A stretch of 64,000 nucleotides of DNA, taken from positions 6,510,001 through 6,574,000 of the forward strand of contig NW_024704749.1 of NCBI RefSeq assembly GCF_018977255.1, read 5' to 3'. Positions 12,536-25,300 of the stretch are shown piece by piece. Made by a program: the position numbers and the translations under genes. The notes below the pieces were generated by a model that did no database searches, had not been told where the DNA came from, and worked only from the letters and a program-made list of their open reading frames with translations. This DNA comes from Callorhinchus milii (Eukaryota). Position 1 is the first letter of the stretch. The number at the start of each line of letters is the position of its first letter.

Positions 12536-12836
12536 TCCTGTAGCTTAGTGGTTAGAGCACTCGCCTTGCAGGCGAGACACCAGGATTCAATTCCAGGCAG
12601 GGCGAAACCTTGGGCAAGTTTCCTTACTCCACACGCCTAATAATAATCCCTCCAAAACAAAACAAAATAATAAATGGTCATTTTCAATCCGCGACTGTTT
12701 GTGGGACACTGCTGTGCGCAATTGGCTGTCGCATTTTGCCCACAAATATACGGTCAATTCACTTTACAGCATATTGTGAAGCGTCTAGAAGACATGAAAA
12801 GCACTATATCAAATGCAAGGATTATTATATTATAAT
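12536..12836 (+). mobile_element. tRNA-derived SINE, short subfamily
   Basis: CCTGTAGCTTAGTGGTTAGAGCACTCGC head through the (ATT)n tail; about 95 nt from the RITA1 stop codon. Confidence 0.88.
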
Positions 12837-12929
12837 AGGATCAGTGAAAAAAATCTCTTTACTGTATTATGTACAGCCCCAATATCTTCCCATGCGTTTG
12901 CGCTCACATACTCACACGCAAATTCTATT

Positions 12930-14257
12930 CTAGTATTTCCAGGGTGGGTTTGGTTTCCGGGAATCCATCATCTTTGGTCGAACAGAGGAAGCAGATCCTG
13001 ACCTCCGCCTCCCGCAGTGCTGTGGTTCAGAAAGCCCAGCAAACGCTGATGTCGGCCTACAATACAACCGCTCTGCGTTCCTACTGGAATTCAATAAGGA
13101 ACTCACAGCTCCTAACTGTGTTGGAGCCTGTTGCCACCTAGTTAAAGACTGGGATCTTCCCCGGGTCGTGGTAGCAACACTGGAGGCATTACTATCAGGT
13201 CTCTTCCAGAAATCTGTTTTGCCTCTGTATTCAGCAACGAACCCACTGGATGATCCTCCTGTGTCTGGGGAAAGGGCTTTCACTGGATGTGCTTGGGGAG
13301 AGGCGTTCTTGGTGCTACCAGCGTGAAAAGCGCTTGAGTTTATTTTAAGTGTGATAGGACTCCACAACAGTGGTCGAATCTTTACTTTGTTTTCTTTCGC
13401 CGTCCATGGTGCCTCCCAGACGGGGCTGTCTTGCTTGGAACCAAAAAGAGACTCGTCACAGTAGCTAGGAGTATGGCTTTTTAACCTTGGTAAGAAAATT
13501 AAGACACAGGAGAAAATATTAGCAAGGTCCACATACCAGAACTGTGGAAAAAAGTTTCTAAATTTAAACTGAATGTTTGACACTGTACAGTAGCATTCTT
13601 ATTTTGAGTCAAGACTCAAAGCATTTACAGACCTCGGGAGTCAAAAATGAAATAAGGCCATTGATCTCCATCAATTAAATTATTGAGTTTTCTACTGTAC
13701 ACTTGGGGAAAACGCGTCAACAGGCTTAGAATTCACTCTCTCCTCACACATTCCAATCCAGACACAGGGAATTTTCCACATGCAGTTGGAACACTGTCTG
13801 GTTTGGATCCAACACAGTGACGGGTTTCTACATCTGTCAGACACCCAGCCATCCAAAGATTTTTTTTGGTTAGTTAGTACTGTGCAGTACAACATATGAA
13901 ACTCCAACATTGACAGTCACCACCTTGATTCTGGCTGTATTACCTGTATTTGTTCTTTTTCGTTGGCGTGCCACCACTCTTGGAAGGCACTGGGATTGGG
14001 TTCGGTTCCCCATTGGCAGTCCGCCGATTCGGTGAGTTTATGGTTACAGGGCTCCATAACAATGGTTGCTGTGGTTCGGTTTGGGGCTTGGAAACCCACG
14101 GTGGTTCAAATTCAGGCACTGGGCTCTGAAGCCCATTCGAACGGCCAAACAGGCTCTCATCCACATAGGACATCTTTGCTTTAATTCGGTATTGACTGTT
14201 TCCCTTGTGACTTATGCAACTGGCCCGAACACCAGTGACTGCTAAATCAGTAGACAT
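12930..14257 (-). CDS. RITA1: RBPJ-interacting and tubulin-associated protein 1; coding exons 13944-14257 and 12930-13485 (289 aa)
   Basis: Motifs YRIKAKMSYVDESLFG, KKNKYR|LKSHTPSYCDESLFG, LLWSP and C-terminal KPNPPWK. Phase-2 GT-AG intron. Probable non-coding exon 1 donor GAG|gtgagc at 15303. Confidence 0.93.
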
Positions 14258-14788
14258 TTCTGCTACAGAGACGGTTTCTTTTTCCCTTCCTGTTGTTTTT
14301 GGAAACTTTGTCCTTTAAAATGCACTGATTCTAATCTAAAAGCAAGATTTTTTGTAACGTTAAAAAACAGCTCAAATATGCAGAGTAATTGTACAGTATA
14401 CTACTTGTGGTACTCCACAAAATGTTGCCTTTATAATTATTTTAGACACTACTGGCTGAAACGCAGCGTTATGCAATGTGAATATTTTATTATTAATGCA
14501 ACGACCACTGTGGATACAAGTGCTCTGTATTTTACAAGTGGAAATAGTGTTAAAGTGTGAAGTCAATAAATCATTGCTCATGACTGCTCTACCATTCAAA
14601 TTTTAAGAAATTTTAAGAACAAAAGTGCCTTTCATTCTGTTACTTACATAACAATAACCATAGTAATCCTTACATCTGATATAACGCCTATCAAGTCAGG
14701 AGAGGGTCTCAAAGCAATATACAATATATATGTATGGTGCAGTAACTGTGCATTTTGCAAGTGGACATGGTACTCCTTGCAAACAATT

Positions 14789-15108
14789 GTGGAGTCCTGT
14801 AGCTTAGTGGTTAGAGCACTCGCTTCGCAAGCGAGAGACCTGAGTTCAATTCCAGGCAGCGCGAAACCTTGGGCAAGTTTCCTTACTCCACACGTCTAAT
14901 AATAATCCCTCCGAAAACCAAAAACAATAATAAAATTGGTCATTTTCAATCTACGACTGTTTGTGGGACATTGCTGTGCGCAATTGGCTGCCGCGTTCGC
15001 CCACAATATACAGTCAATTCACTTTACAGTGCATTCCGTGAAGCGCTTTGGGACGTCCTCCCGACGTGAAAAGCGCTATATCAAATTCAAGGATTATCAT
15101 TATTATTA
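14789..15108 (+). mobile_element. tRNA-derived SINE, short subfamily, full length
   Basis: Intact head; tail GGGACGTCCTCCCGACGTGAAAAGCGCT. Confidence 0.9.
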
Positions 15109-15149
15109 ATTCAAGCCGCAGTATAATTACAAGCAGTAATTTAAACGGT

Positions 15150-16360
15150 AACCCTGGTTATTGCTCTCATCAGCGTGGTTGTGATATTCCAAGACGCGGA
15201 AGGGGTTTGCGCGTGCGTAACTGTGTGGGCGTTTAGTCCGTCCGCCCCATTCACATTTCAACGAATAAAAACAACTTCCGTCGACTCGCTCCAACTTGCT
15301 CACCTCAAACTGGGAGATCTCGTCAGTCATCGAACAAATCACTGCCGACTGTGAAGCCGCGAGCACCCACACCCCCCACCCACACCCACCCCCTCCCCCC
15401 CAAACCCCTCCCCATGCCATTTGCTCCAGCGGCGGTCATTTGCAATTGAACGCAACAACAACAGCAACAGCAACAACAACAACAACTTGCATTTACACAC
15501 CGCCCTTCAGAGACCTTTACCAGTGGGTGGGTGGGGGCAGCCTGACTCTGGGTGGAGGGTGATGGTGGGTGGGGGGGGGGGTGGGGGGGGGCAGCCTGAC
15601 TCTGGGTGGAGGGTGATGGGGTGGTGGTGGGTTGGGGGGGGGGGGGGGGAGGGGACGGTTAGCACAGTCGAAGAGGAAGGTCTTGGGGTCGGGGGCTACA
15701 TTTAAATGAAGCGCACAAGACCCTTGCGGTGAAGAAACAGAGGGTGGGGGGAGGGGGGGAGGGGGTCTATTCGTTGCTTAAAAGCCCCCCCACCACCACC
15801 ACCACAGCAGCAACAGCGGCGCTCGACGGCCCAACCCGACTCCGCCTCCTGTAGCCATAGCAACCGACATCTGGGCGGGGCGCACCATCTCCAGGGAGGA
15901 GAGGGGAGGCGGTGGAAACAGGGTGACACCTCCCAATAAAAACATCCCTGGGGAGGGGGCCTGGAAATGAACTGGAACTTTTTGTACCATCAACATAAAG
16001 GCTGTGTTTTTTCGCTCGATTTAGATGTCTCTAAAGTGGGTTCTCCACACCCAACAAATACCACACCCCCCTCCACTCACACCAAACTGAGCGGGGGCTT
16101 TGCAGCGAGTTGGTACAGTCCCCTGACCCCCACGCCCCCTCGCGCCCCGCCTCCCCCACCCACGCCGCGCGCGTGCGCGGGGTCACCGGAAGCTGGTGCC
16201 GGGAACCACGTGTAGCCCGGGAGGGTCAGACAGAGAGACACACAGACCCAGACACATAGAGACACACATACAGACACATAGAGAGACGTACAGGCACACT
16301 AGAGACACACACAGACAGACACATACCCAGACACAGACGCGGTGGGGAGGGGGAGGGGGA
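15150..16360. promoter_or_regulatory. CpG-rich bidirectional promoter RITA1/DDX54
   Basis: CpG/GC-rich, with GC boxes (GGGCGGGG near 15873, CCCCGCC near 16145), X-box GTAGCCATAGCAAC 15851-15864, ETS-like CCGGAAG near 16186. Lies between divergent 5' ends. Confidence 0.7.
15455..15700 (-). mobile_element. Degenerate L2 3' end with internal duplication and G-run expansion
   Basis: (CAA)n-CTTGCATTTA tail and GTCGAAGAGGAAGGTCTTG as in other L2 ends. GGGCAGCCTGACTCTGGGTGGAGGGTGATGG occurs twice. Confidence 0.55.
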
Positions 16361-16361
16361 G

Positions 16362-19300
16362 ATGGCACAGAAAAAGAAGAGTAACTACAAACGCAGGAAA
16401 CAGCGCCGGAGCCACGACCATGAGATGGACCTGGAGAGCGACGGAGGAGAGTTCGATTTGGCCCCTTTCATTGAGAAGGGTGATGCTGCCAGTGAGGACA
16501 GTGAGGTGGTAAGTGCCCCCTCCCTCCCTCCCTCCGTATAATAATAATAATAATAATAATAATCCTTGCACTTGATATAGCGCTTTTCACGTCGGGAGGA
16601 CGTCCCAAAGCGCTTCACAGAACGTACTGTAAAGCGAATTGACCGTATATTTGTGGGCGAACGCGGCGGCCGATTGCGCACAGCAGTGTCCCACAAACAG
16701 TCGTGGACTGAAAATGACCAATTTATTATTGTTGGTTTTGGAGGGATTATTATTAGGCTCTGTGTGTGGAGTAAGGAAACTCGCCCAAGGTTTCGCCCTC
16801 TGCCTGGAATTGAACTCAGGTCTCTCACTTGCAAAGCGAGTGCTCTAACCACTGAGCTACAGGACTCCACAGGCCCAGATAACCCCCTCCCCCCCCCCCA
16901 ACAGAACAGTCCTGGGTCCCCCTCTTTCTACCCACAGGACTGCCCTTATTTCTCCTCGCAGGATAGCTTGGGTCTGTCAGTAGGTTTCATCGCCTCTGAG
17001 TCAGAGGGTTGAGGTTTCAAACTTCACTCTTTAGGTGAAAGGCGCCATATAAATGTCATTTTGTTGTTGTTGTTGTTGATGCTCCAGTGCTGGGCCTTGC
17101 TGTACTGTTGAAGATTTCCAGTCTTATCTTTATAGCTGGACGAAAAGGATCCTTTGATGCTATTCAGTTAGAGAAGAGTTGCAATACAGGTCCTTTCAGA
17201 TTATCTCGAAATGCTTTTGATGCAGCGAGCACAAGGACTGAAATGATTTGTTAAGCAAATACTACAAAGTATTTTTATTATTATTCAGAAACAATGTTCA
17301 GCTTAAAATGAATATCCTTGTTGCGTTTGCTTCCCCCCAGGACACCACCAAACCACTACTAAGCTTCCCATCAGCTGAATGCCCGTCGGACATGGAACTG
17401 GACACAAGGGAAATGGTGCGGCAGCAAAACAAGAAGAAGAAAAAATCTGGAGGCTTTCAGTCCATGGGTATGCGTAACAACAACAACAACAACAAATTAC
17501 ATTTGTGTAGTGCTTTTCACATCAGGAGGATGACCTAAAGTGCTGTGCAGTCTCTAGCAGGACTAGCTTCACAATGGTGATATTTTGAAGATTGCTGGAA
17601 TCCCATCATTTCTGTTTTGCCTTTTGACAGGTTTAAGTTTTCCTGTATTCAAAGGCGTGATGAAGAAAGGATACAAAATACCAACACCGATTCAAAGAAA
17701 GGTAACTAACAGAACAAGCTGCTTGAAATGTCACTTGCTACACGCAATAATCCGCTCCGCTGAAACTCAGATTTGCATGTATAAGCATGCAAGAATGATT
17801 GAGAAGCTGATCCAGTAGTCATTAGTATTTGAAAGCTACTGTTATCTTAAGAAATCAGTTTAGGAATAGAACTGAATGCTAACATAATATTAATAATAAT
17901 CCAGGCATTTGATATAGCACCTTATCACATCATTGAGACGTCTCAAAGCGCTTCACAGGATATACTTCAAAGTGAAATGTCTATATTTTGTGGGCAAAAT
18001 TTTTCAAACTATTAATATTGTGTTCTGTTTTAGACAATCCCAATCATACTGGATGGCAAGGATGTTGTTGCTATGGCTAGGACAGGCAGTGGTAAAACTG
18101 CAGCCTTCCTCGTCCCAATGTTCGAGCGGTTAAAAGTCCACAGTGCCCAGACTGGAGCAAGAGCTTTGGTCCTGACTCCAACGAGAGAGCTGGCGTTACA
18201 GACCATGAAGTTCACAAAAGAGGTAAACTATTTCCTGGTATCTGAGTGTTCGTCTTGTGTTTGGATATTAACACTTAAATATAGCCAATGTTGTTTGGAT
18301 TATAATAGATATAGATTATTGATAGGAACCATATCTGTGCGGTGGAGGACAACACTATAATTTTGTTTCTTTAAAATCTCAAAATTCTTATTGCACTGCA
18401 CATATGTTACAAAACGCTAATAACATGGTTAATAAAATTAAAAAGTGCCTTCTGGTTTTCTTTTCTTGAACCTAGCTTGGAAAATTTGCTGGGCTCAAAA
18501 CAGCGTTAATCTTGGGTGGAGACAAGTGAGTATGATTTAGATGGAAACGAATGCATACGTTTCTTGGTGTAATGTAATGGGCGAGCAATGAACAAGGTCA
18601 AAGTTTAATGCAAAGTGTCTATGTGTTTATTTTATCAGAATGGAGGATCAGTTTTCAGCGCTGCATGAAAACCCTGATATGTAAGTTGACTTAAATAAAT
18701 GAATAAATAAATAATAATAATCCTTGCATTTGATATAGCACCGTGTCACGTCGCTGAATGGTCTCAAAGCGCTTCACAGAATATAGTGTAAAGTGAATTG
18801 ACTGTATATTTTGTGGGCAAAATACAGAAGCCAATTGCACACAGCAGAGTCCCATAAACAGACATGGGTTGAGTGACCAAATTATTATTAATAATAATCT
18901 TGGTAGAATATGTTCTTATTAACATGTTTTGAAAAGTGTCAGGAAAATCCGACCGTAAGGGATATGGGGAGAGGTATCCAGGAGTATACACAACCACCAA
19001 TATAAGCCTGAACCCAACAAGCAAATGACTTCGTTATTTTCAAGACTAATACTTTGAACTTTTGATTTACATTAGACTTGATGGGCAGGTGAATGCTTGC
19101 CACCGTTCCCTGATTATTTTGTGTCCCTTTATCTTTACAGAATAATTGCCACACCAGGTCGATTGATGCACGTGGTTGTGGAGATGAACCTCAAGCTACG
19201 CAGTATGGAATATGTGGTGTTTGATGAAGCAGACAGGTTAGATATTCTTATACCCTGTTCTGACCGGGACCTTCAAGTAAAGATTGAAATGCATTTGGTG

Positions 19301-22300
19301 AATCTATACGTCTGCAATTGGTACACTGTTAAGAATGTACTTCCCTCGATTTTCAACATTTCTTGACCTCAAAGAGACAGACATAAGTATCTACTCGTGT
19401 ATGATGGTTTGAATTTTTACACATAGGCATATGGAGTAAGGAAACTTGCCGAAGTTTCGCCCCCTTTATACAAAAATATGCATCAACTCTTGAGTAGAAA
19501 ATACACTCCCTGATATTTTCATTCTTTATGTTTCGCAATGGAAGTCAATGACTGTAAAAGTAGTCCAAGATTGCGGTTAAAATCAGCATTATTGACATTT
19601 GGANTTTTTTTGTGTGTGGCAGATTGTTTGAAATGGGATTTGCGGAACAACTACAAGAGATTATTCGAAGGTTGCCAGACTCCAGACAGACTCTGCTCTT
19701 TTCAGCCACCCTACCCAAACAGCTGGTGGAGTTTGCAAGTGCCGGTAAATAATAATAATAATTCTTGCATTTGATATAGCGCCTTTCACATCGGAAGGAC
19801 ATTCCAATGCTCTGGACAGTCAAGGATTTGGACCTGAGCTGGGGGACGGGATCAGGAAAAGTGATGGGTAGGAGGGTGATCGAAGGCGCGGTCAAAAAGG
19901 AAGGTCTTGAGATGGGAGACTGTGGGGATGGAGTTCCGAATTAATTCATTTAAGAATTACTATACTCATCCCTCAAAAGTTTTTTACCCATCCGGTACGG
20001 GTGATAGACTCTTAAATCAATAGTTTACAGTGATATGCAGTGCTTTCCCTGGTGATCCTATTGATATGGCCTGAAACAATTTTAAACGCTTGTTTGAATT
20101 TTGTAAACTGAGGTCAAAATGCTTTAATTTGGGCACTTTCTTCCCTTCTCTCCTGAATTTGCTGATTCGTGCTGAGCTTAACCTGGGCTTAATGTTTGCA
20201 CAAGCACACATTCCATCTGGGATCAATGGATAGCGATTAGACCCTGGACCCTAGCTAATTTTTCGTTCAGTGGCCCAAGAGAACTGAGGCCAAATTGTTG
20301 TGCCCCAGCCAGAATCAGCCAATTCAGCACAGTCTGCGATTTAAACCTGAATCTTTTTGATGTGTACGACTCAGTGCTGCAGCCCAGGCCATCAGGGAAA
20401 CTTCTTTTTTTAAAAAAAACATTTTTTTAAAATAAAATTTAGTAACGAAAAAGAATCTTACCCCCTGTTCCAGGTTTGACCGAACCAGTTCTAATTCGGC
20501 TGGATGTAGACAGTAAGCTGAGCGAAAATCTAAAGGTAAGAATGTTTTAGAACTGGTCAATAGATGTACTCTTAAATAAACCTACAAAGTAATCACAATT
20601 TGAAGGTTACATAGAGAGTATTTAATTTGTGTGTTAACTGATGTGCTTGCACTGGTTAATCTTTTCATTGCTTTGTGCAAAAACTCCAAATATTTTTGTT
20701 GGGAATGGAATCTTTTTCTTATCATTATTAAAAAGAGCTGGACAGTCAGGGATTTGGACCTGAGCTGAGGGTTCGGATCAGGAGGGGTGGAGGGCAGGTA
20801 GAGGGAGTGTAGGAAGTTTGACCAAAGGCGCTGTCCAAGAGGAAAGTCTTGAGACGGGCCTTGAAGGAAGCGAGAGAGTGATGCGGAGGTTCTCCAGAAT
20901 GGGCCAAGGCAGAAAGGCTGAAGGACTGACCGCCGTTTGTGGAGAAGTCAGTCATGCTTTAGGCAGCTTTGTGATTTATATGTGATTTAAGGATTGGAAA
21001 ACTGCCCTTTCTGTGCTAAAATATACTTCTCTCTGATATTTTAAGTTGGCCTTTTTTAACGTGAGGGCAGATGATAAGCCAGCTGTGCTGCTTCACCTGT
21101 TAAGAAATGTGATCAAACCTCAGGAACAGACTGTCATCTTTGCTGCTACCAAACATCACGTTGAATACCTAAAAGAGGTTGGTGTCAAATATGAGCGTAA
21201 ATGAGAACATCGCAATAAACTCATTAAAATTAAAGAGTTATTTTTAATTTTCCATTAGCGTTGGCTTTAATCTTTTGGAAAAAGTATTTATTCTCTTCCA
21301 TGTCAAAAATGGTAAATGGATAACTTAGGTTTACAAGTCTAACTAACCAGTAAGGTTAGAAGTGATTTTATCTGAGTTATCTAGTTCCTTGAGTTAACTT
21401 TTTGCAAATTTCCAGTTTTATTGAAATACCTGCATCTGAGTCCTGGTTTCCTTGCACAGTCTTTCTTTAGGGAACAATTATCCCAATGTAATGTGTTTGC
21501 ATTATTTACACTGAAGCCCACATTCAGATGCTCTTATTTCCATTAGTTGCTCACCAAAGAGGGTATCGACTGTACACATAGCTACAGCGCCTTAGACCAA
21601 ACCGCCAGAAAAATCAACATCGGGAAATTCATCCACAGAAAGTGTATGGTGATGATCGTGACGGATGTGGCAGCTCGTGGAATTGACATCCCCATGTTGG
21701 ATAATGTCATCAATTACAACTTCCCACCCAAAGCCAAGCTTTTTCTGCATCGAGTTGGTAAGCAAACTTATGAGACCGTTAACGGGTAGAGATTGATTAG
21801 AGTTCTGAATCGTCTCGATCTTTACATTGGAAAGATCGCTGCAGACGACAGTGTCCCATTAATCGGTCCCGTTCAGGAACTGCCGTTTGTGTAACTTCTT
21901 TGTATTGCAAACCCAGCGAATGAGATGAGCGCCCTGGGATGCTACCCTGTGTGAGGGGCGATATATAAACGCACATTGTTGTTAAGATACTTTTTTGGGG
22001 AGGGGGTGGGGGGCAGTTTGAGTTCATTATTTAAAAAAAACGTTTGTGGAGATACAGATTTCATGGACTATCAAGTCTCAGTGCTTTAGGAAAAATAGGT
22101 TTGAATCCCTTTGGTAGTTCTACATTGCATTTTTTTTTTGGTCAGCTGGGGTGTCTGACTCGTGCGAAAAACCATCACCTTGCTTAAGAGTGTCCAAACC
22201 AAACTGAGAATTCCACCTAAACGTGGAAATTCCAGAGATAGATGTTGGAATGGAATGCTCTCAATCTCTCTTCCTGGAGGGACGCATCCTGCTTACCTAA

Positions 22301-25300
22301 TTCCGGAAAGCATTAGGCGCAGGTTGGCAAGAGCCGAGGCTGGGGGACCCCAGAGTGTGCATTGGAGGTAATTGCTAGAGTCTAACCAGTTAAAACCACA
22401 TAGCTTGCCATTGATATTGCTGCGGTTTGCATGTTACTGTTCATGTGCAACAGGAAATCTTTTGAAAGCTGTCTAGTTGGGAATGTTCCAAATAGCCTGT
22501 TGTATTGGTAGGCGTGAATGATTCATGTCCTGTTGGAAGGCATGATATTTATTGTACTGTGTTCTTCTATTACAGGGCGAGTGGCCAGAGCTGGCAAAAG
22601 TGGCACGGCTTACTCAATGGTTGCCCTGGATGAAGTTGCATATGTCTACGATTTACATCTGTTCCTTGGTCGGCCCTTAAAACTTGCCAAATCAGATACC
22701 ATTGCAATGGGTAATGAAAGGTTCTCCTCTGCTTGTGCCTTAAAGCATCTCCATGGTTTTTTTTGAGGTTGGAGGTGGGAATAAGAAAACTCTTTGTGTT
22801 TCGTTTACAACTGTTCTTCAACAACAACAACTTGGATTTATATAGCATCCTCCACACCGGACGGTGTCTCAGAGCTCAGTTAACATCATGCACTGATAAA
22901 TTTTTGACCGGTGCAACAGAAAATACAAAGCTTATTTCAGTAGAAAGTTTCTTGTTTCCATGTATAAAATGGAAGGCATCATATGTAAGAATGTCCTCTT
23001 GATGTGAAAGGCGCTATACAAATGTAATTTGTTGTTGTTGTAAGTCATTGCTACTAAAATATGGCTGCTTATCGCACAATCACTCTACAGTATATCCTGT
23101 GGAGTGCTTTGAGACTTCCTCTTGAAGTGGAAAAAGTTATATCAAATATAAAGATTATTATTATTTATCATGGAACCTGTAGCTTAATCTTTGTGTTTGG
23201 CATTAGACGGAATAATAAATGCCAAGGGTGTTTTGACCTCCTTGTTGTAATAGACTGGCTAATACACCATCAATTTGCATTGTACTACAGTCTAAATTGT
23301 TTCATCTTTAACACTTTCAGACACAGATGGAGTATATGGCAGAGTTCCCCAGAGTATTATAGATGATGAAGAATCGTTACTCATCAGTGATCACAACTCC
23401 TCACTGGATCTTCAGAATCTAAAGAGAGTGTCGGAGAATGCCTACAAACAGTATTTGAAGTCAAGGCCTGACCCTTCTCAAGAGTCAATAAAGAGAGTTA
23501 AAGAAATGGACTTCTCTACATTAGGCATTCATCCATTATATGGTACATGAACGTATGTCAAGCTTGCAGGGCAAGTGGTAGTATAGTGGATAAGACACTT
23601 TGTATTGCTATGGTTATAGCGAGAAATTGCTATAATCACAGAAGAATTCTCTTACACCATTCACTGTAATGTGTTTGGCCAATAATCCTCCAGATCGTCT
23701 GTTCATTCACTTCATGACTGTTTTGGGGACCACTGCCGCATTTGACTATAAAATACAGTCGTTCTACTTGACAGAAATATTGTGCAGAAATTTCAGACAT
23801 TTTGAAGTTCTAGGGACTGTATTAAATGCAAGGATTATTTTAATGTTGTAGTTCTAAATATATAGTCAGTTCACTTTACAGTATATCCTGTGAAGCCCTT
23901 TGAGACGTCTCAGAAGATGTGATAAGGCACTATATCAAATGCAAGGATTAGTATTATTAATTTCTTAGCTGAAGGATAAAACTCAAAAGAACTCTTTAAT
24001 GAAGTGAGAAGCTAAGAGCAGGAATTTTTTTTATGTTCTTAAGGTTCGAACCTAGAAGACACAGAACTCCAAAGACTAAAGGTTATTGACAGCATTAAAA
24101 ACTACAAAACCAGATCTGTAAGTATTAATGTACTGTGGCGATAAGTGCTGCGTTTTCATTGAATCCTTGAGAGTTTTAAAACTGTTGCTACAAACAGCTC
24201 TCTTACATTTTTTGGGGCAGACTATTTTCGAAATCAATTCTACCAGCAAAACCACAGCGAGTGAAATTATGAGAGCTACACGGGACAAGCAGAGGCTGGT
24301 TATAAAGAAGTTTCAAAAAGTGAAGCAAGAAAAACAAGCGGGTCATTCAATGAGCACATCAAGCCAAACGGAAACCAATGTCCTCGCTAAGCAGGAATCT
24401 GACGAAGACAACATTGAGGTCAGAAAAATCTTCCGCATCAATGGGGTGAACTTTGAAGTGTGCGTCTTACATTTGTGATTGGCTGTCTCTGTTCTTGGAA
24501 AGGCGTGACATAATTTAAAGGGAAGGAAATCAGAATTTGGTCGAGTCAGCTTTATGTTAGTTACAAGTCCTTCAGAGGAGACGTTAAATCGAGGTTCCAT
24601 CAAGTGGATGTTAAAGATCCCATGGCGCTATTCGAAAAGGGAAGGGAGTTTCTCCCTATATCCTAGTCAACAATCCCCCAATTTTTTAAAAAAATTCCAT
24701 GGCTGTGGGACACTGCTGTGCACAATTGGCTGCCGCGTTTTGCCCAGAAAATACAGTCAATTCACTTTACAGTATGTTCTGTGAAGCACTTTGAGACGTC
24801 TCAACGATACGATATGGTGCTATATCAAATGCAAGCATTATTATAATATAATTTCTAATTCAAAGTATGTTTGTTTCTCACAGGCTGTGTTCTCCGAAGT
24901 CGTGGGGAGAAAAAGGAAAAAGCAATCCAATGATCAGCCTCTTAAACAGAGGAAGAAAGGAAAAGATGAGGAATTTTACATTCCTTATCGGCCAAAGGAC
25001 TTCAACTCAGAGAGAGGGTAACTATTTATGCTCCTTCTTATTCTGATCATTTCCAGTAGTTAATAACTGTTCGTGTGACTGGTCACAATTGGCTGCTGCG
25101 TTTCGCCCATAAACTATATTTATTCACTTTATGGGCTGAATGGCCTCCTGTGTTGTAAAATTCTATGATTCCATGATTATTTTAGAGCTGATTTTCACTT
25201 TGTTTTAGGCTAAGTCTAGGCGCAGAGGGAAGCACCTTTGAACAGCAGGCCTCTGGTGCTGTGCTGGACTTGGTGGGTGATGAAACTAAAAATATGATGC

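Noticed and set aside
12610-17012. Recurrent ORFs such as [13 protein letters not shown]... and [21 protein letters not shown]
   Set aside because: Translations of the non-coding SINE consensus, not a protein family.
19604-19604. Single N base near the DDX54 exon 8 acceptor
   Set aside because: Assembly ambiguity; no effect on the gene model.
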